Origin: Verrucomicrobiales bacterium | Lineage (GTDB): Bacteria > Verrucomicrobiota > Verrucomicrobiia > Limisphaerales > UBA9464 | Assembly: GCA_027490985.1 (NCBI GenBank) | Contig: JAIXXC010000093.1 | Location: 4,293-68,292 of the forward strand | Reading direction: 5' to 3' | DNA length: 64,000 bases | In this document: piece by piece, positions 46,783-58,500 of the stretch | Position numbering within the stretch: the stretch's first letter is position 1 | Layout of the letters: each line of letters begins with the position of its first letter | Program-made: the position numbers and the translations under genes | The notes under the pieces: model-generated | What the model saw: only the letters and a program-made list of their open reading frames with translations | Told to the model about the DNA's origin: nothing | The model's database searches: none

Positions 46783-47907
46783 ATGAACCCCCACTTTGTT
46801 CAGGCGGGCACCGCGATGCGCCGTCGTCCGCGCCGCACGGGCGGGTTCTCGTTGCTGGAGTTGATGATCGCCGTGGGCTTGCTCACGGTCATCATCATCG
46901 CGCTGTATGCGATGTTCGACCAGACCCAGAAGGCCTTCCGCCAGAGCCTGAACCAGGCCGATCTTTCCGAGGGCGGGCGTTCGGCACTCGACCTGATGGT
47001 CCGCAACCTGGAGCGGGCCGCCTCCCCGCAGGTCGACGATGCGTTGCACCTGGTGCTGCGACCGGCCAGTGCCAACGGCTATGAGCTGGTGTTCGCCGGC
47101 GAGGCCACCGAGGCCAACCGCACCCAACCCCTGCGCTTCGACGAGCTGTTCTTCACCTATCCGGCGGGGGGCGGCCGATGGCATGTGGCCGGTCTCTTCA
47201 TCGGCACCCTCGATGCCGGTCCGGTCACCAGTGAACCGGTGCCCGGATTGGGCTCGCTGTACCTGTACGACGAGGCCCTGCCCAATTCGAATCTGGTGCA
47301 GGTGCTCGACGGTCAGGGGCGCCTCGGGGTCTCGGCCGCGGGCCTGATCTCCCCGCCGCCCTACCGCCTCAGCGGTACGCCCGCGCTGCGCACCAACCTC
47401 ATCACCGGCCGCGTGTGGATTCCCGCCTATCCGGCCGGTGAAACCAAGGAGGCCCGCCGCGATGCGGTCAAGCTCTTGGAGGGCGTGTTGCAATGCCGCA
47501 TCACCGCCTTCGATGCCGATGGCCGTCCGTTCGACGGCAATCACCCGGTCTTGTCGGATGTGACATTCCCCCGGGTCGGAGTGAACACCAATTCACCCCG
47601 GCACTATCCGCTCACCCCGAGCGCCTGGCTGTCTCAGGCCACCAACATCATGGGCGCCGTCTCCCGGCCGCTGCCCATCGAGGTGATCAACGTCAACCCC
47701 GACACCGCCCAGGTCAGCGCCCTCTTCCGCGGGGCCAATCTCCCGGCGTCCATCGAGATCGAGATCACCCTCCTGGATGGCAAGCAATTGGACCAGTTCC
47801 GTGCATTGCCCGACAACGTCCAAACCCGCAACCGGTGGCTGGCGAACAATGCCGGCGCCCTCCAGACCCTCCGCCAGCGGGTCGTCCTCCGTACCGCGCC
47901 CCAATGA
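46783..47907 (+). CDS. minor pseudopilin (GspJ/PulJ-like)
   Basis: Internal ATG (MNPHFVQAGTAMRRRPRRTGG|FSLLELMIAVGLLTVIIIALYAMF) of ORF 46663..47907, giving 374 aa. The helix after the TM segment is PulJ-like. Confidence 0.7.
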   Translation: MNPHFVQAGTAMRRRPRRTGGFSLLELMIAVGLLTVIIIALYAMFDQTQKAFRQSLNQADLSEGGRSALDLMVRNLERAASPQVDDALHLVLRPASANGYELVFAGEATEANRTQPLRFDELFFTYPAGGGRWHVAGLFIGTLDAGPVTSEPVPGLGSLYLYDEALPNSNLVQVLDGQGRLGVSAAGLISPPPYRLSGTPALRTNLITGRVWIPAYPAGETKEARRDAVKLLEGVLQCRITAFDADGRPFDGNHPVLSDVTFPRVGVNTNSPRHYPLTPSAWLSQATNIMGAVSRPLPIEVINVNPDTAQVSALFRGANLPASIEIEITLLDGKQLDQFRALPDNVQTRNRWLANNAGALQTLRQRVVLRTAPQ

Positions 47908-50900
47908 AACGCCTTTCTCCCCAATCCAGCCGGCGCGGCGTGGCGCTGGTCATCACCCTGATCATGCTCTCGGTGGTGACGATCACCGCCGTGTCGTTCC
48001 TGATGGTCGCCCGTCGCGAGCGGGCCGCCGTGGCCGCCGCCGGTGAGCAGGCCGATGCCCGCATCGCCGCCGATGCCGCGCTCAATCGCGCCCGGGCCCG
48101 CATCCTGGCGCAGATCGCCTCCTCCGGCCTCCGGGAAGCCCCGACGCTGCTGGTCTCAACCAACTTCATCGCCCCGTCGTACACCCCGGGTCTTTCGGTC
48201 GCCGGTCAGGCTCTGCCGCTGGGCACGGCCCAGTCCAATCGGTGGTATTCGGCCCTGGCCAACGTGTCCTACCTGTACCAGGGCCGCTCCTTCGATCTCA
48301 ACAACACCGCCGAGATCCTCGAATACCGGCGGATGCTGGCCAACCTCTACTACGATCCGCGCGTCCCCGTGGTCGCGCGCACAGGCCGGTTGGATACCCG
48401 CGCCGATTCCTTCGAAGACCGCTTCTATCTGGATCTGAATCGCAACGGTCGCTTCGACACCAACGGGTACGTCCTTCAGCGCACTGTCACAGGTCAGGCC
48501 ATCGGTACCAATCGGGTCTGGCATGTCGGCGACCCCGAATGGATCGGTGTTCTGGCCGATCCCGATCGTCCGCACTCCGGCAACAACCGCTTCCTCTACC
48601 GCATCGCCTATCTGGTGGTTCCGGCCGATCAGACCGTCGATCTCAATTACGCCCACAATCAGGCCCGCAATCCCGATGACACCTCCGCCAGCCGGTTCTT
48701 CCGCAACCAGGGTGTGGCTCCGTGGGAACTCAATCTGGCGGGTCTGTTCCGCGACCTGAACACCAACCTCTGGCAGACCTACGCCTATTCCACCAATGGG
48801 GCCAACACCGGTCTGACCTTCGATCATGCCCTCAACCTGTGGGCCAACCGCCGCGTGGCGACGGTCACCGGGCGGGCCACGGCCCAGGATATCCTCACCC
48901 AGGATTCCCGGCCCCAGTTGGGCTCGGCCGGAGACTCGACCGCCGCCTCCCGGGTGATGCCGGTGAACGGCGTCGACGATCTGTCCGATGGCCCCCTCGT
49001 TTTGAGTCTGGCCCAGGTGCGCAATCCCGGCCTGCTGAACGACGGTGACAACGTCACCCGTCGTTGGTCGGGCGGCGATGTCTCCAATCCCTACCTCACC
49101 CCGTTCTCGCTGCTCAGCGATCCGACCCTGCTCCCGCTGGGGGTCAACCAGACGATCTGGACCAACCTCGACACCCGTCGCAATGCCTTCGCCGGTCAAT
49201 CGGTCTCTCCGATCCAGGCCTCCAATGCCACCTACAATGCCTACACCTTCTACCGCTTGCTCGGGTCGGTGGGCACCGACAGTTCCGACGGTCGTATCGA
49301 GGTGGGTGTGGATCTGGCCAACCGCTACTATCGCCGGGCCAAGCTCAACCTGAACTATCAGGTGCTCGATCCCGAGGGATCCCAATCGTACAGCGCCAAC
49401 GTGGTCACCACCAACGGGGCCTCGGGCTCGGCGGCCCGTGCGACGGCATTGGTTCCCTGGGTCGCCCGCACCTGGGTCTCGTTGGCGGGCGATCGACTGC
49501 TTCGCAAGGAGTTCTCCAACGGCTTGCCCGAGTTGAGCAATTTCAACTTCTACGATCCGTCCAACCCGAGCACCAAACTGTCGGTGCCCAAGGCGAAGGA
49601 GCCGGCCGCTCATGGCGTGGCCATCGCCGGAAGCTATTGGGTGACCAACGCCGTCGGGTCCCGGGCTCAACGGACTTCGGTTTCCCTCACCAACCACACC
49701 TGGTCGGCCAAGTTGCACCGCTTGCTCCAGTTGGCTGCGAATATCCACGAGGTGCGCACGAACCTCGTCGGGGGTCTCAATGCCGAACCGTTCCCGCCGC
49801 ATGTCTTTCGCCCCACCTTCTATCGCGAAGAGCAGGACGACCCGCGCAACCCGGGCAAGAAGCTGTCTGTCGTCCGCTTGGCCGGGTTGGAAGAAGTGAC
49901 CAATGCCGTCACCCAGGTGCTCAACACCGCCTGGACCAACTGGATGGATTTCGAGAACCCCATCGATGTGGCCAACCTGAGCATCGATCCGTCGGTGCCC
50001 ACCCGGACCAATGTCTTCGGCATCCCGTACGTGGTCGGCACCAAGCAGAACCAGACCGGTCCCACGGCACTGGGTCTGCCCAAGTTCAACGAGGCCTTCT
50101 GGCAAACCCGGGTGCGCACCGGGCGTCGTCTGCTCCTCGAGCGCCAGCCCAACGGGGCTGTGCGTCCCACCAACGAAACCACCCTCAGCGCCCTGGGCGT
50201 GGTGAAGTACGGCCAGTACACCTTCCAAGTCATCAACACCGCCGCCGTCGAGGGGTGGAACTCCTACCTGCAGGCGTTCCCGGTCAACCGACCGCTGCGC
50301 CTCATCGCCACCAACTGGACCGAGATCAGCCTCTACGACGCCAACCTGGCGACCGTGGCCCAGCCGTTGGGTCAGCCCCTCTTCATTCCTCAGCCGCTCA
50401 ATCCGAACTCTCCGTTGAGCGTCCAGAATCCGATGGTCTTCAACCGGACCAACTATGCCGTGCAAGTGGGCAATGTGGTCCGCATCGGCAATGGCAATAC
50501 AGGCTACAAGGCCCGTTGGGACGCCCAGGAATACATTCCGGCGCTCAACACCAACACGGCCTTCGGTCTGGTGTACAACCCGGTGTTGGGGCGCATCTTC
50601 CCCCTCACCGAGACCAACAACCCGCTGGCCATGTTCCCCATGCCGGGGACGCGTCCTGACCGCTTGCTGCCCAACCTGACCCTGGCGGTCACCAATCGGT
50701 TGGTCTTTGCCATCGTCGACGACAGTTTCGTGCCGCCGCGCCTGCTCGACTTCGTGAACCTCAAGAGCGGGACTCTGGAGAGCAATCTGCTCGAGAACCT
50801 GATGTACACGGCCGATGGGTTCATTCCGGGCAATCCGGGCGACGCCGGGATCGATCAGGGTTTCGACAACACCGGAGGCGCTCTGGGTGGCGGCGCCGGT

Positions 50901-52562
50901 TCGGTGCGCCCGCTGCGCATGGCCGAGTTGTGGCAGACCAACTTCTTGGCCGGCCGGGTGATCCCCTCGGGCTTCGAGAACCAGTTCGCCGCCTCGTTGA
51001 ACCCGCTGCGAGTGCTCCAGTTCTGGGAGGCCCCCGTGGTGCCCGGTGTGGTGACCACGGGAGATCCTCGCGTGGATGCCAGTCTCGGGTTGAGGGCCTT
51101 CTTGTACGGCATCAATTCGGTGCCGCGCAGCTCGCAAGTGGTGGCTCGGCGCGAACTCGATCGACTGCTGGCCTCGGGTGGCAACCTCAATGGCAACCGG
51201 ATCCAGGTGGGTTTCAATCCGGTGGGCGAGGTCCATCTCACCGACCGCCGGATGGCCAATGATCCCTTCGTTCATTACACGAAGGAAGACCTGCAGCCCG
51301 GAGGCGTGGTATACACCCATCCCGAGGGCTACTGGAAGTTCTACGCCGACGTCTTTCATGACCGCCGCCCCGAGATGTTCCAGGGGCTCCAATTGGATCC
51401 GAGCATTTCCGAGAGCCGCATCGCCGAGCCGAGTGGCGATTATCTGGTCACCACCGTGAACCGCACCAATCGGGTGGCCGCTCCGTTCAAGTTCATCAAC
51501 GCCTACGCGCCGTGGGCGAGCAGTGCCAATCTCGGCACGGGCATTTCCTCGCCGGCCTTGGCAGTGGACATGGCCTACAAGGATCCGCTGGTGACCAACA
51601 GCGCCGCCTGGTCGTTCCCGACCCCCACCAACGCGTTGGCCTCCATCGGACAGCTGGGCCGCGTTCATCGCGGCACTCCGTGGCAGACGGTGTACCTCAA
51701 GAGTCCGGTGGCCAACCTCGAGCCTGACGACCAGGTCCACATCGCCGACCGCCATCATTGGAAATGGTGGTCGGGCAGCTACGGCACGCATCCCACCAAC
51801 GACTGGGCGTTGCTCGACACCTTCTCCACGGCGCTCACCGAGAACGCCGGTCATGGGCAGATCGGGGTCAACCAGACCAACCTGCCGGCCTGGTCGGCGA
51901 TTCTGTCCGGGGTTCCGGTGTTGCGCCGACTCTCTGGCGATGCCAACACGCTGGTCGCCACGGTGCTGGATCCGGCCGGGGGCAATGGCGCGTCGTTCGT
52001 CCAGAAGATCGTCGCGGGCTACACCAACAACAACGGGCAGTTCCGCCACGGCGTCGTCTCGGGCTTCGTCCACACCAACGGGTGGCCGGGCGATCCGAAC
52101 ATCACCGTCACCGATGGCAACGGGAGGGCGTTCGTCGTTCCGATGCCCCGCCGCTGGCTGCCGCGCTTCCAGTCGGTCGGAGAGATCTGCTCGGTGGAGA
52201 CCTTGTCGGTGGGTTCGCCCTTGTTGGAAAATGTGGAGTACGACGAAACCAACCCGGGCCGCACGTTCCGTCCGGTCCCCGACGAGGTGGTCGAGCGCAT
52301 CCCGCAGCAGATCCTCTCGTTGCTCAAGGCCGAGGAGCCTCGGTACGTGATCTACTCGTGGGCCCAGACCCTGAAGCCGGCGCCCGGAGCGGTGGTCACG
52401 GCCCCGGGTCCGTTCTTCGGGTTGTCCACCAACTACGTTGTCACCGGCGAATTCGCCACCAAGACCGTCCTGCGTTTCGAGGGAGCCCTCTCCACCAACG
52501 CCCCGGTCACCCAAACCCTGCGCACGGTGGTGGAAGACCACCGCGTGCTGACCACGGACTGA
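47904..52562 (+). CDS. giant GspK-like pseudopilin (1552 aa)
   Basis: Internal ATG of ORF 47493..52562 that overlaps the previous stop (ATGA). The N-terminus MKRLSPQSSRRG|VALVITLIMLSVVTITAVSFLMVARRE is the GspK/PilX-type class III signal without Glu+5. About 1500 further residues have no family I can name. Confidence 0.75.
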   Translation: MKRLSPQSSRRGVALVITLIMLSVVTITAVSFLMVARRERAAVAAAGEQADARIAADAALNRARARILAQIASSGLREAPTLLVSTNFIAPSYTPGLSVAGQALPLGTAQSNRWYSALANVSYLYQGRSFDLNNTAEILEYRRMLANLYYDPRVPVVARTGRLDTRADSFEDRFYLDLNRNGRFDTNGYVLQRTVTGQAIGTNRVWHVGDPEWIGVLADPDRPHSGNNRFLYRIAYLVVPADQTVDLNYAHNQARNPDDTSASRFFRNQGVAPWELNLAGLFRDLNTNLWQTYAYSTNGANTGLTFDHALNLWANRRVATVTGRATAQDILTQDSRPQLGSAGDSTAASRVMPVNGVDDLSDGPLVLSLAQVRNPGLLNDGDNVTRRWSGGDVSNPYLTPFSLLSDPTLLPLGVNQTIWTNLDTRRNAFAGQSVSPIQASNATYNAYTFYRLLGSVGTDSSDGRIEVGVDLANRYYRRAKLNLNYQVLDPEGSQSYSANVVTTNGASGSAARATALVPWVARTWVSLAGDRLLRKEFSNGLPELSNFNFYDPSNPSTKLSVPKAKEPAAHGVAIAGSYWVTNAVGSRAQRTSVSLTNHTWSAKLHRLLQLAANIHEVRTNLVGGLNAEPFPPHVFRPTFYREEQDDPRNPGKKLSVVRLAGLEEVTNAVTQVLNTAWTNWMDFENPIDVANLSIDPSVPTRTNVFGIPYVVGTKQNQTGPTALGLPKFNEAFWQTRVRTGRRLLLERQPNGAVRPTNETTLSALGVVKYGQYTFQVINTAAVEGWNSYLQAFPVNRPLRLIATNWTEISLYDANLATVAQPLGQPLFIPQPLNPNSPLSVQNPMVFNRTNYAVQVGNVVRIGNGNTGYKARWDAQEYIPALNTNTAFGLVYNPVLGRIFPLTETNNPLAMFPMPGTRPDRLLPNLTLAVTNRLVFAIVDDSFVPPRLLDFVNLKSGTLESNLLENLMYTADGFIPGNPGDAGIDQGFDNTGGALGGGAGSVRPLRMAELWQTNFLAGRVIPSGFENQFAASLNPLRVLQFWEAPVVPGVVTTGDPRVDASLGLRAFLYGINSVPRSSQVVARRELDRLLASGGNLNGNRIQVGFNPVGEVHLTDRRMANDPFVHYTKEDLQPGGVVYTHPEGYWKFYADVFHDRRPEMFQGLQLDPSISESRIAEPSGDYLVTTVNRTNRVAAPFKFINAYAPWASSANLGTGISSPALAVDMAYKDPLVTNSAAWSFPTPTNALASIGQLGRVHRGTPWQTVYLKSPVANLEPDDQVHIADRHHWKWWSGSYGTHPTNDWALLDTFSTALTENAGHGQIGVNQTNLPAWSAILSGVPVLRRLSGDANTLVATVLDPAGGNGASFVQKIVAGYTNNNGQFRHGVVSGFVHTNGWPGDPNITVTDGNGRAFVVPMPRRWLPRFQSVGEICSVETLSVGSPLLENVEYDETNPGRTFRPVPDEVVERIPQQILSLLKAEEPRYVIYSWAQTLKPAPGAVVTAPGPFFGLSTNYVVTGEFATKTVLRFEGALSTNAPVTQTLRTVVEDHRVLTTD

Positions 52563-52584
52563 ACTCCGTAACCCCGTTCTCGTC

Positions 52585-55500
52585 ATGCGCCCGTCTCGAA
52601 GCCTGATTGTTGCCATCGCCCTGGCGGTGGGTTCCCTGGGGCTGTACCGCTGGGTACAGCCGCCGGCCGCGAATCCCGCCTCCTCGGTCACCGGGCTGAC
52701 CACGACGCCCGTCGACCCGGCCTCGGCCATCGGTCGTTCTCTGGCCGTCTCGGCCCATGTGGCGGCCAAGCGCCTGGCGGTCCGCCCGTTGGAGGCCGGC
52801 CGGCGTCCGGCTCCCCAGGATGCCGAATTTCCGTGGCGCGCGCGCAACACCGCCAAGACGGTGGACCAGTTGCGCTCCGACCCGCGGGCCCTGGTGCTGC
52901 GCAATGCCCTGATCGACACCCGCACGGGTGAACCGCTGCCGTTGCCGGAGGCGCTGGTGGCCGGTCCGGAGCCCGGATTCCACATCGTCCAATTCTCCCA
53001 CGAGCCCGACGCGGAGTCCCGCCGCCGTCTCGAAGAACAACGCCTGCAGGTGGTCTCGTACCTGCCGGTGAACGCCTTCCTGGTCCAGGGCTCCGACGAG
53101 TCGATCGAGCGATTGGCTCTCGATGCCGACATCGCCTCGGTGTCGCCCTGGCATCCGGCCTTCAAGCTGGAGCCCGAGTTGCTGACCCGGGCCATCGACG
53201 GTCGGCCCCTGGAGGCTGGCGATCGGCTGATGCTTTCTCTGACCGATCCCGAGGCCTTCCCGCGCTTGGAATCCCTCGGCGTGCGCGAGGTGTCCCGGCA
53301 ACGCAGCCCGTTCGGAACCCTGGTCACCGTGGACGTGCCGCCCGACGCGCTGGTTTCCCTGGCCCGGTCGCCCGAGGTGCATCTGATCGAGAAGGCCCAT
53401 CGCCGCGAACTCCTCAACGACCGCTCCGCTTACCAGCTGGGCAGCGCCACCGACGTCACCAACACGGCGTCGTATCGCGGGCTCACCGGCAGCAATGTGG
53501 TGGTCAACATCAACGACTCGGGCATCGATTGGACCCACCCCGACCTCACCACCAATCGGGTCTTCACGGTGGGCTCGCAGACCAACCTCCTCACCGACAC
53601 CGACGGTCACGGCACCCACGTGGCCGGCACCATCGCCGGCAGCGGCGCCCGTTCGCTCGAGATCCAGGGGCCGGCCCAGGGTTCGGTGACCAATGCGCAG
53701 CTCCGCGGACTCGCGCCCAACGCCAAGCTCTTCATCCTGCCGATCGACCTTCAGACCGGGCCGACCATCTCCGACGCCTTCCTCCAGGAGCAGGCGGCGA
53801 TGACCAACGCCCTCATCTCGAACAACAGCTGGGGCTACACCGGGGCCTACGAATACAACTCCATCTCGGCGAGCTACGACGCCGCCTCACGGGATGCGCT
53901 GCCCGAGACCACCGGCGAGCAACCCGTGCTCTTCGTCTTCGCCGCCGGCAACTCCGGCCAGGGCGGCAACAACGGCGTCGGCGGACTCCGTGGGTCGGTC
54001 ACCGTTCCGGGCAACGCCAAGAACGTCATCACCGTCGGAGCGCTCGAGAGCAAGCGCAACCTCACCAACGCGGTGGTCCTCGACGATGAGGGGCGTGTCA
54101 TCTGGGCCGGCGGCAAGCAGTTCCGTGAACCGGGCACCAACGCCGAATTGACCACCAATCTCGTCCTGCGGGCGGCCACCGACACCGACACCGAGGTGGC
54201 CAACTTCTCCAGCCGGGGCAACGTGGGCATCGGCATCGAGGGCAGCTACGGGCGCTTCAAGCCCGATGTGGTGGCTCCGGGTTCCCAGATCCTCTCCGCG
54301 CGTTCGGCCCAGTGGAAACTGGAGGACGAATACGACACCAATTCGGTGCAGTACGCCGTGTTCGACGATCTCAATCGCCCTGTGGCCCCGTGGTATCGGT
54401 TCCTCTCCGGCACGAGCATGGCCGCCCCGGCCGTGTCCGGCCTGTTGGCCCAGATCCAGGAGTTCTGGCATCGCCCGGGCATCACCTTGCCGAGGTACAT
54501 CGAGGCGGCGGCCTACAAGGCATTGGTCATCAACAGCGCCCGCCCTTCGGCCGACGTGTACGCCCCCGATTTCCGCTCCGTCATGAACTACACGGGATGG
54601 GGTCAACCGAGCCTGCCCCGCGCCCTCGACAGCGGTGTGCGCCTCACCCGGGCCGATGGCGCCATCGTGGAATTGGCTGGGTTCGCCGGCGAACTCGCCA
54701 CCGGGGCCAGTCAATCGTTGCGCCTCAAGCTCACGACCAATGAAGTCGCCGCCACCGGTGCCTTCCACTTCACGCTGGTGTGGACCGATCCTCCCGGCAA
54801 TCCCGCCGCGGGCCTCAAGCTGGTCAATGATCTGGACCTCATCGTCTCCAACACCGTCACCGGCGAGGTTTTCGTCGGCAATGATCTGGCCCGAACCGGC
54901 TACACCGCGGGACGTCCGGGAACCAACGCGTTCGAGGTGGTCGAAGCGGGTGTGACCAATTCGGTCTTCGACTCGGTCAACAATGTCGAACGCGTGGTGC
55001 TCGAGCCGCCGCTGGCCCCGGAATATGTCATCCACGTGGTGGCCCGCCGGGTCAACGTCAACGCCCTGGCCTCCCGCGAGTTCCAGAATCTCCAGAACCG
55101 CACCAACATCGTCCAAGACTTCGTGGTGGCCCTCTCGTCCGATGCGGCCTCCGACAACGCCATCGTGGCGACCGCCGAGTATGTCACCGCGTCGTCCGGC
55201 GGGGGCTTCGGCGTGGTCCAGCCGCCGCCGATCTCCGTGGTGGCCACCAACGGCATCCCCGTGTCGGCCTCCCGCGTCGGCGCCCAGTCTCCTCTGGTCG
55301 GGGGCGCGGCCGGTCAGTCGGCGCAATGGCATTTCTTCGTCTTCACCAACCTCTTCAATGCGGAGGCGGCGGCGGCCACGGGCTTGACCAACGGCCAGTA
55401 TGTCGAGTTCGTCATCTCGTCGGCGGCCAATCTGGCGCGGCCCCGCGGCCCCGGCGGAACCGGGTCACGGCTGCGGGATCGCGTGCTGGGCCCCGATCTC

Positions 55501-58500
55501 GACCTGTACATGTCCACCGATCCGGGGCTCACCAACCTCCAGGCGTCGGCTCTGGCCTCGGCCTACCGGTCCACCCTCCAAGGCTTCGACGAACGCATCG
55601 AGATCACCAACGCCCCGGCCAATGGCGAGGTGTATTACATCGGCGTGAAGGCCGAGGATCAGCAGGCCGGTGAATTCGAGTTGGTGGTGCGCAGCAGCGA
55701 CCAGCCCTTCCATGTCCTGGGAGCCAATGGCTACAGCCTGCTCATGACCCCGATCGGCGGCGGGCGGGCGATTCCCGACGGAAGCCCGGACGCTCCCGGA
55801 GTCGTCCGGTATTTCGGCACGGGGCCCTCGGGCATCACCCGGAACGTGACCTTCACCCAGTCGCTCCTCCACGACAACTTCTTCGACCTGCAGGGCACTC
55901 TGATCCACGCCGGATACGGTGTGACCATCAACAATCGCCGATCCATCCGCGACTACGGCACCGGCCTCACCCAGGTCTCGGGTCCGGTGATGGGTCTGTA
56001 CGATGACATCCCGGGCCTGAGGTTCCCGGGGGGGCAGCCGACCGATGGCCCGAGCTCCACGCTCCTCGACTTCTCCGGTCTCGGAAGCACCGGTTCCTGG
56101 AACTACCTGCTGCAGGACGACGTGCTGGGTGGCTCCGGTTCCTTGACCTCGGTGCAGCTCCAGGTGCAGCCGCAGGTGTTGCCCGCCTTCGATCAGCGGG
56201 TCTTCGAGAATATCTGTCTGGGGCCGCAGGCCTACGACTTCCGGCTGCGGATCGTGCCGCCGGATGCCAGCCGGCTGATCATCGAGGTGACCAACATGGT
56301 CCCGGCCAACTTGCCCCTCGAGGTGTACATCCGCCGCGAGGCCTTTCCCGATCCCGACAATCCGGAGGTCAATGATCGCGTGGCCACCCTCCTGGGGCCG
56401 GGCGTGATCAGCATTTCCGTGCGCGATGTCCCCGCCCTCCAGGCCGGCACCTACTTCGTGCTCTTCCACAACCCCTCCGGCGTGGAGCTGTGCTTCGATG
56501 TGGCCATCTATGGCGAGCGCAATCTCTCGTCGAAATTCACCCGCACCATCGAGGGGCGTTCCGCCTCGCTGGCCGATGTCGCCCGCACCGTGGCCTCGGT
56601 GCAGGTCGACGACGCCCGTCCGGTGTCCGATGTGCAGGTGGGGGTCCGGGCCGAGCACGCCCGCGCGTCCGATCTGGCGCTCCGGTTGGTCACCCCCGGC
56701 GGCGCGAGTGCGCTGCTCTTCGAAAATCGCGGCCTCACCAGCACCAATGGCCTGGGTGGCGTCTTGGTGACCAGCAACTACCAGCACGTGGCCTTGTCGC
56801 TCGACCGGGCCGGCGGCGTCGCCCGCATCTACTTCAATGGCGAGGTGGTGGCCGAACAGGCCGTTCAACTCTCGCCCAGCAATACGCCCACCTCGTTCCA
56901 TCTGGGATCGCTGGGGTCGGCCAACCTGCCGGGCAGCCCGATCCAGCTGGATGACTTCGGCCTCTGGCGCCGTTCGTTGCGCGAGGCGGAGATCCGTCAG
57001 ATCTACGATGAGGGCACCTTCGGCCGGGCCAAGGCGACCAACCTGGCCACGGCCGGATTGGCGGCGCTGTGGCCGCTGGACCGCTTCGGGGTGGATACCA
57101 TCGCCGGTCAGACCATCAGCAGCGTGGGCACCACGGTGGCCGGTCAGATGAACTTCGGAATGCGCCAGACGGGGACCGGCACCGGCGCCATCTCCACCGA
57201 CTCCCGCATCCGGGACATCGGCAACCTTCCGGGATTGACCCTCGAGGGTTGGATCAAGCCCGTCTCGGGCAATGAGCGGCTCATCGTCGGCGGCTGGTAT
57301 GACGCCGCCAACAAACGCACCGGTCCCGCCTTGTTCGTGGGTCAGGCCGCGCCCCTGGGCAACGGACCGGGTTCCCTGAGTGCCATCTTCCAGGATGCCA
57401 ATGGCAATCGGGTCGTCCTGAGCACCCCTTCAGGTCTCTTTCCGACCGGTGGTGTGGTCACCAACCGCGCGTTCGCGGTCTTCGGCGACAGCACCAATGG
57501 CGTCTACACCCCGATCAAGTTCGCCCCGACGCCCTACCTGAGCCGCATCGTGCCCCAGGTCCTCTACTCCAACGACTGGGAGACCCTCACTCCGGGCGAG
57601 TATGTCGCCGGTACCAACAGCCTCGAAGGGTGGGTCGTGCTCACCAACCGGGTGTCGATTCTGGCCGGGGGCGCCGAGGGTCAGGTGCTCGACCTGCGCA
57701 ATGCCGCGGTGGAGCGTCAATTCGACTTGAACATCGGTCAGGCCTACCGGCTGGCCTTCACCAGTCGCAAGTCGCCCACGGCCAAGACCGCGGTCAATGC
57801 CCAGGTCTGGGTCGATGGGTCCAGCGTCCTGCGGGTCGACAGCACGCCGGGTTGGGTCACCAACACGGCCTCCTTCGTGGCCCGTTCGTCACGCTCGGCC
57901 GTGGGCTTCGTCTCCACGTCGCCGCCCGCGTCGAACACCAATTTCCCGGCCGGCCTCGAGATCGGGCAGGTGTGGCTCGACCAGGATGGGTCGCCGCTGG
58001 TGTACCAGCCCGAAGAGCCCCTGCGCCCGTTGATGGGACAGCCCGGCACCGGGCTCTGGCAGTTGCAGACCACCGATGCCCGGGGTGGCGAATCGGGGCT
58101 GCTGCTCGACTGGCAGTTGCGCTTCACGTTCATGCCGACCAACCCGCCGACCTTCCGGTTGACCAACGGCATCGCCTTCACCACCAACATCGTGGGTGCG
58201 GATATCCGCTATTTCGTGGTCGATGTGCCGTTGGAGGCCGAACGGGCCACCAACACCCTCATCAACGTCTCCGGCGGCCCCTTGACGATGCTGTACAGCG
58301 CTTCGGGTCTGCCCGATGCCACCGAATCGGACACGGTCACCGTGGTCTCGGGTCTGGCGGCCGGCCAGGCGTTCGCCGGCACGCTCGACTCCAACCTCCC
58401 GCCGCTCCTGCCTCGCGGTCAGCGCTATTACCTGGCGGTCCGGGGAGCCGGAGGCACGTCGTCCAACCAGTTCTCGTTGCAGGCCGATTTCGGAGTGCGC

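Noticed and set aside
48156-53417. 1753-aa minus-strand ORF, plus similar giant antisense ORFs at 57889..60729 (946 aa), 37576..40650 (1024 aa), 14349..17753 (1134 aa), 11088..13208 (706 aa) and 53887..55332 (481 aa)
   Set aside because: They lie antisense to plus-strand genes with unambiguous motifs (S8 triad, GspE/PilT Walker boxes, RND, PhoR), and some span two such genes. Their translations are Arg/Gly/Pro/His/Asp-rich low complexity without any motif. This is typical of stop-codon-poor antisense frames in GC3-rich DNA.
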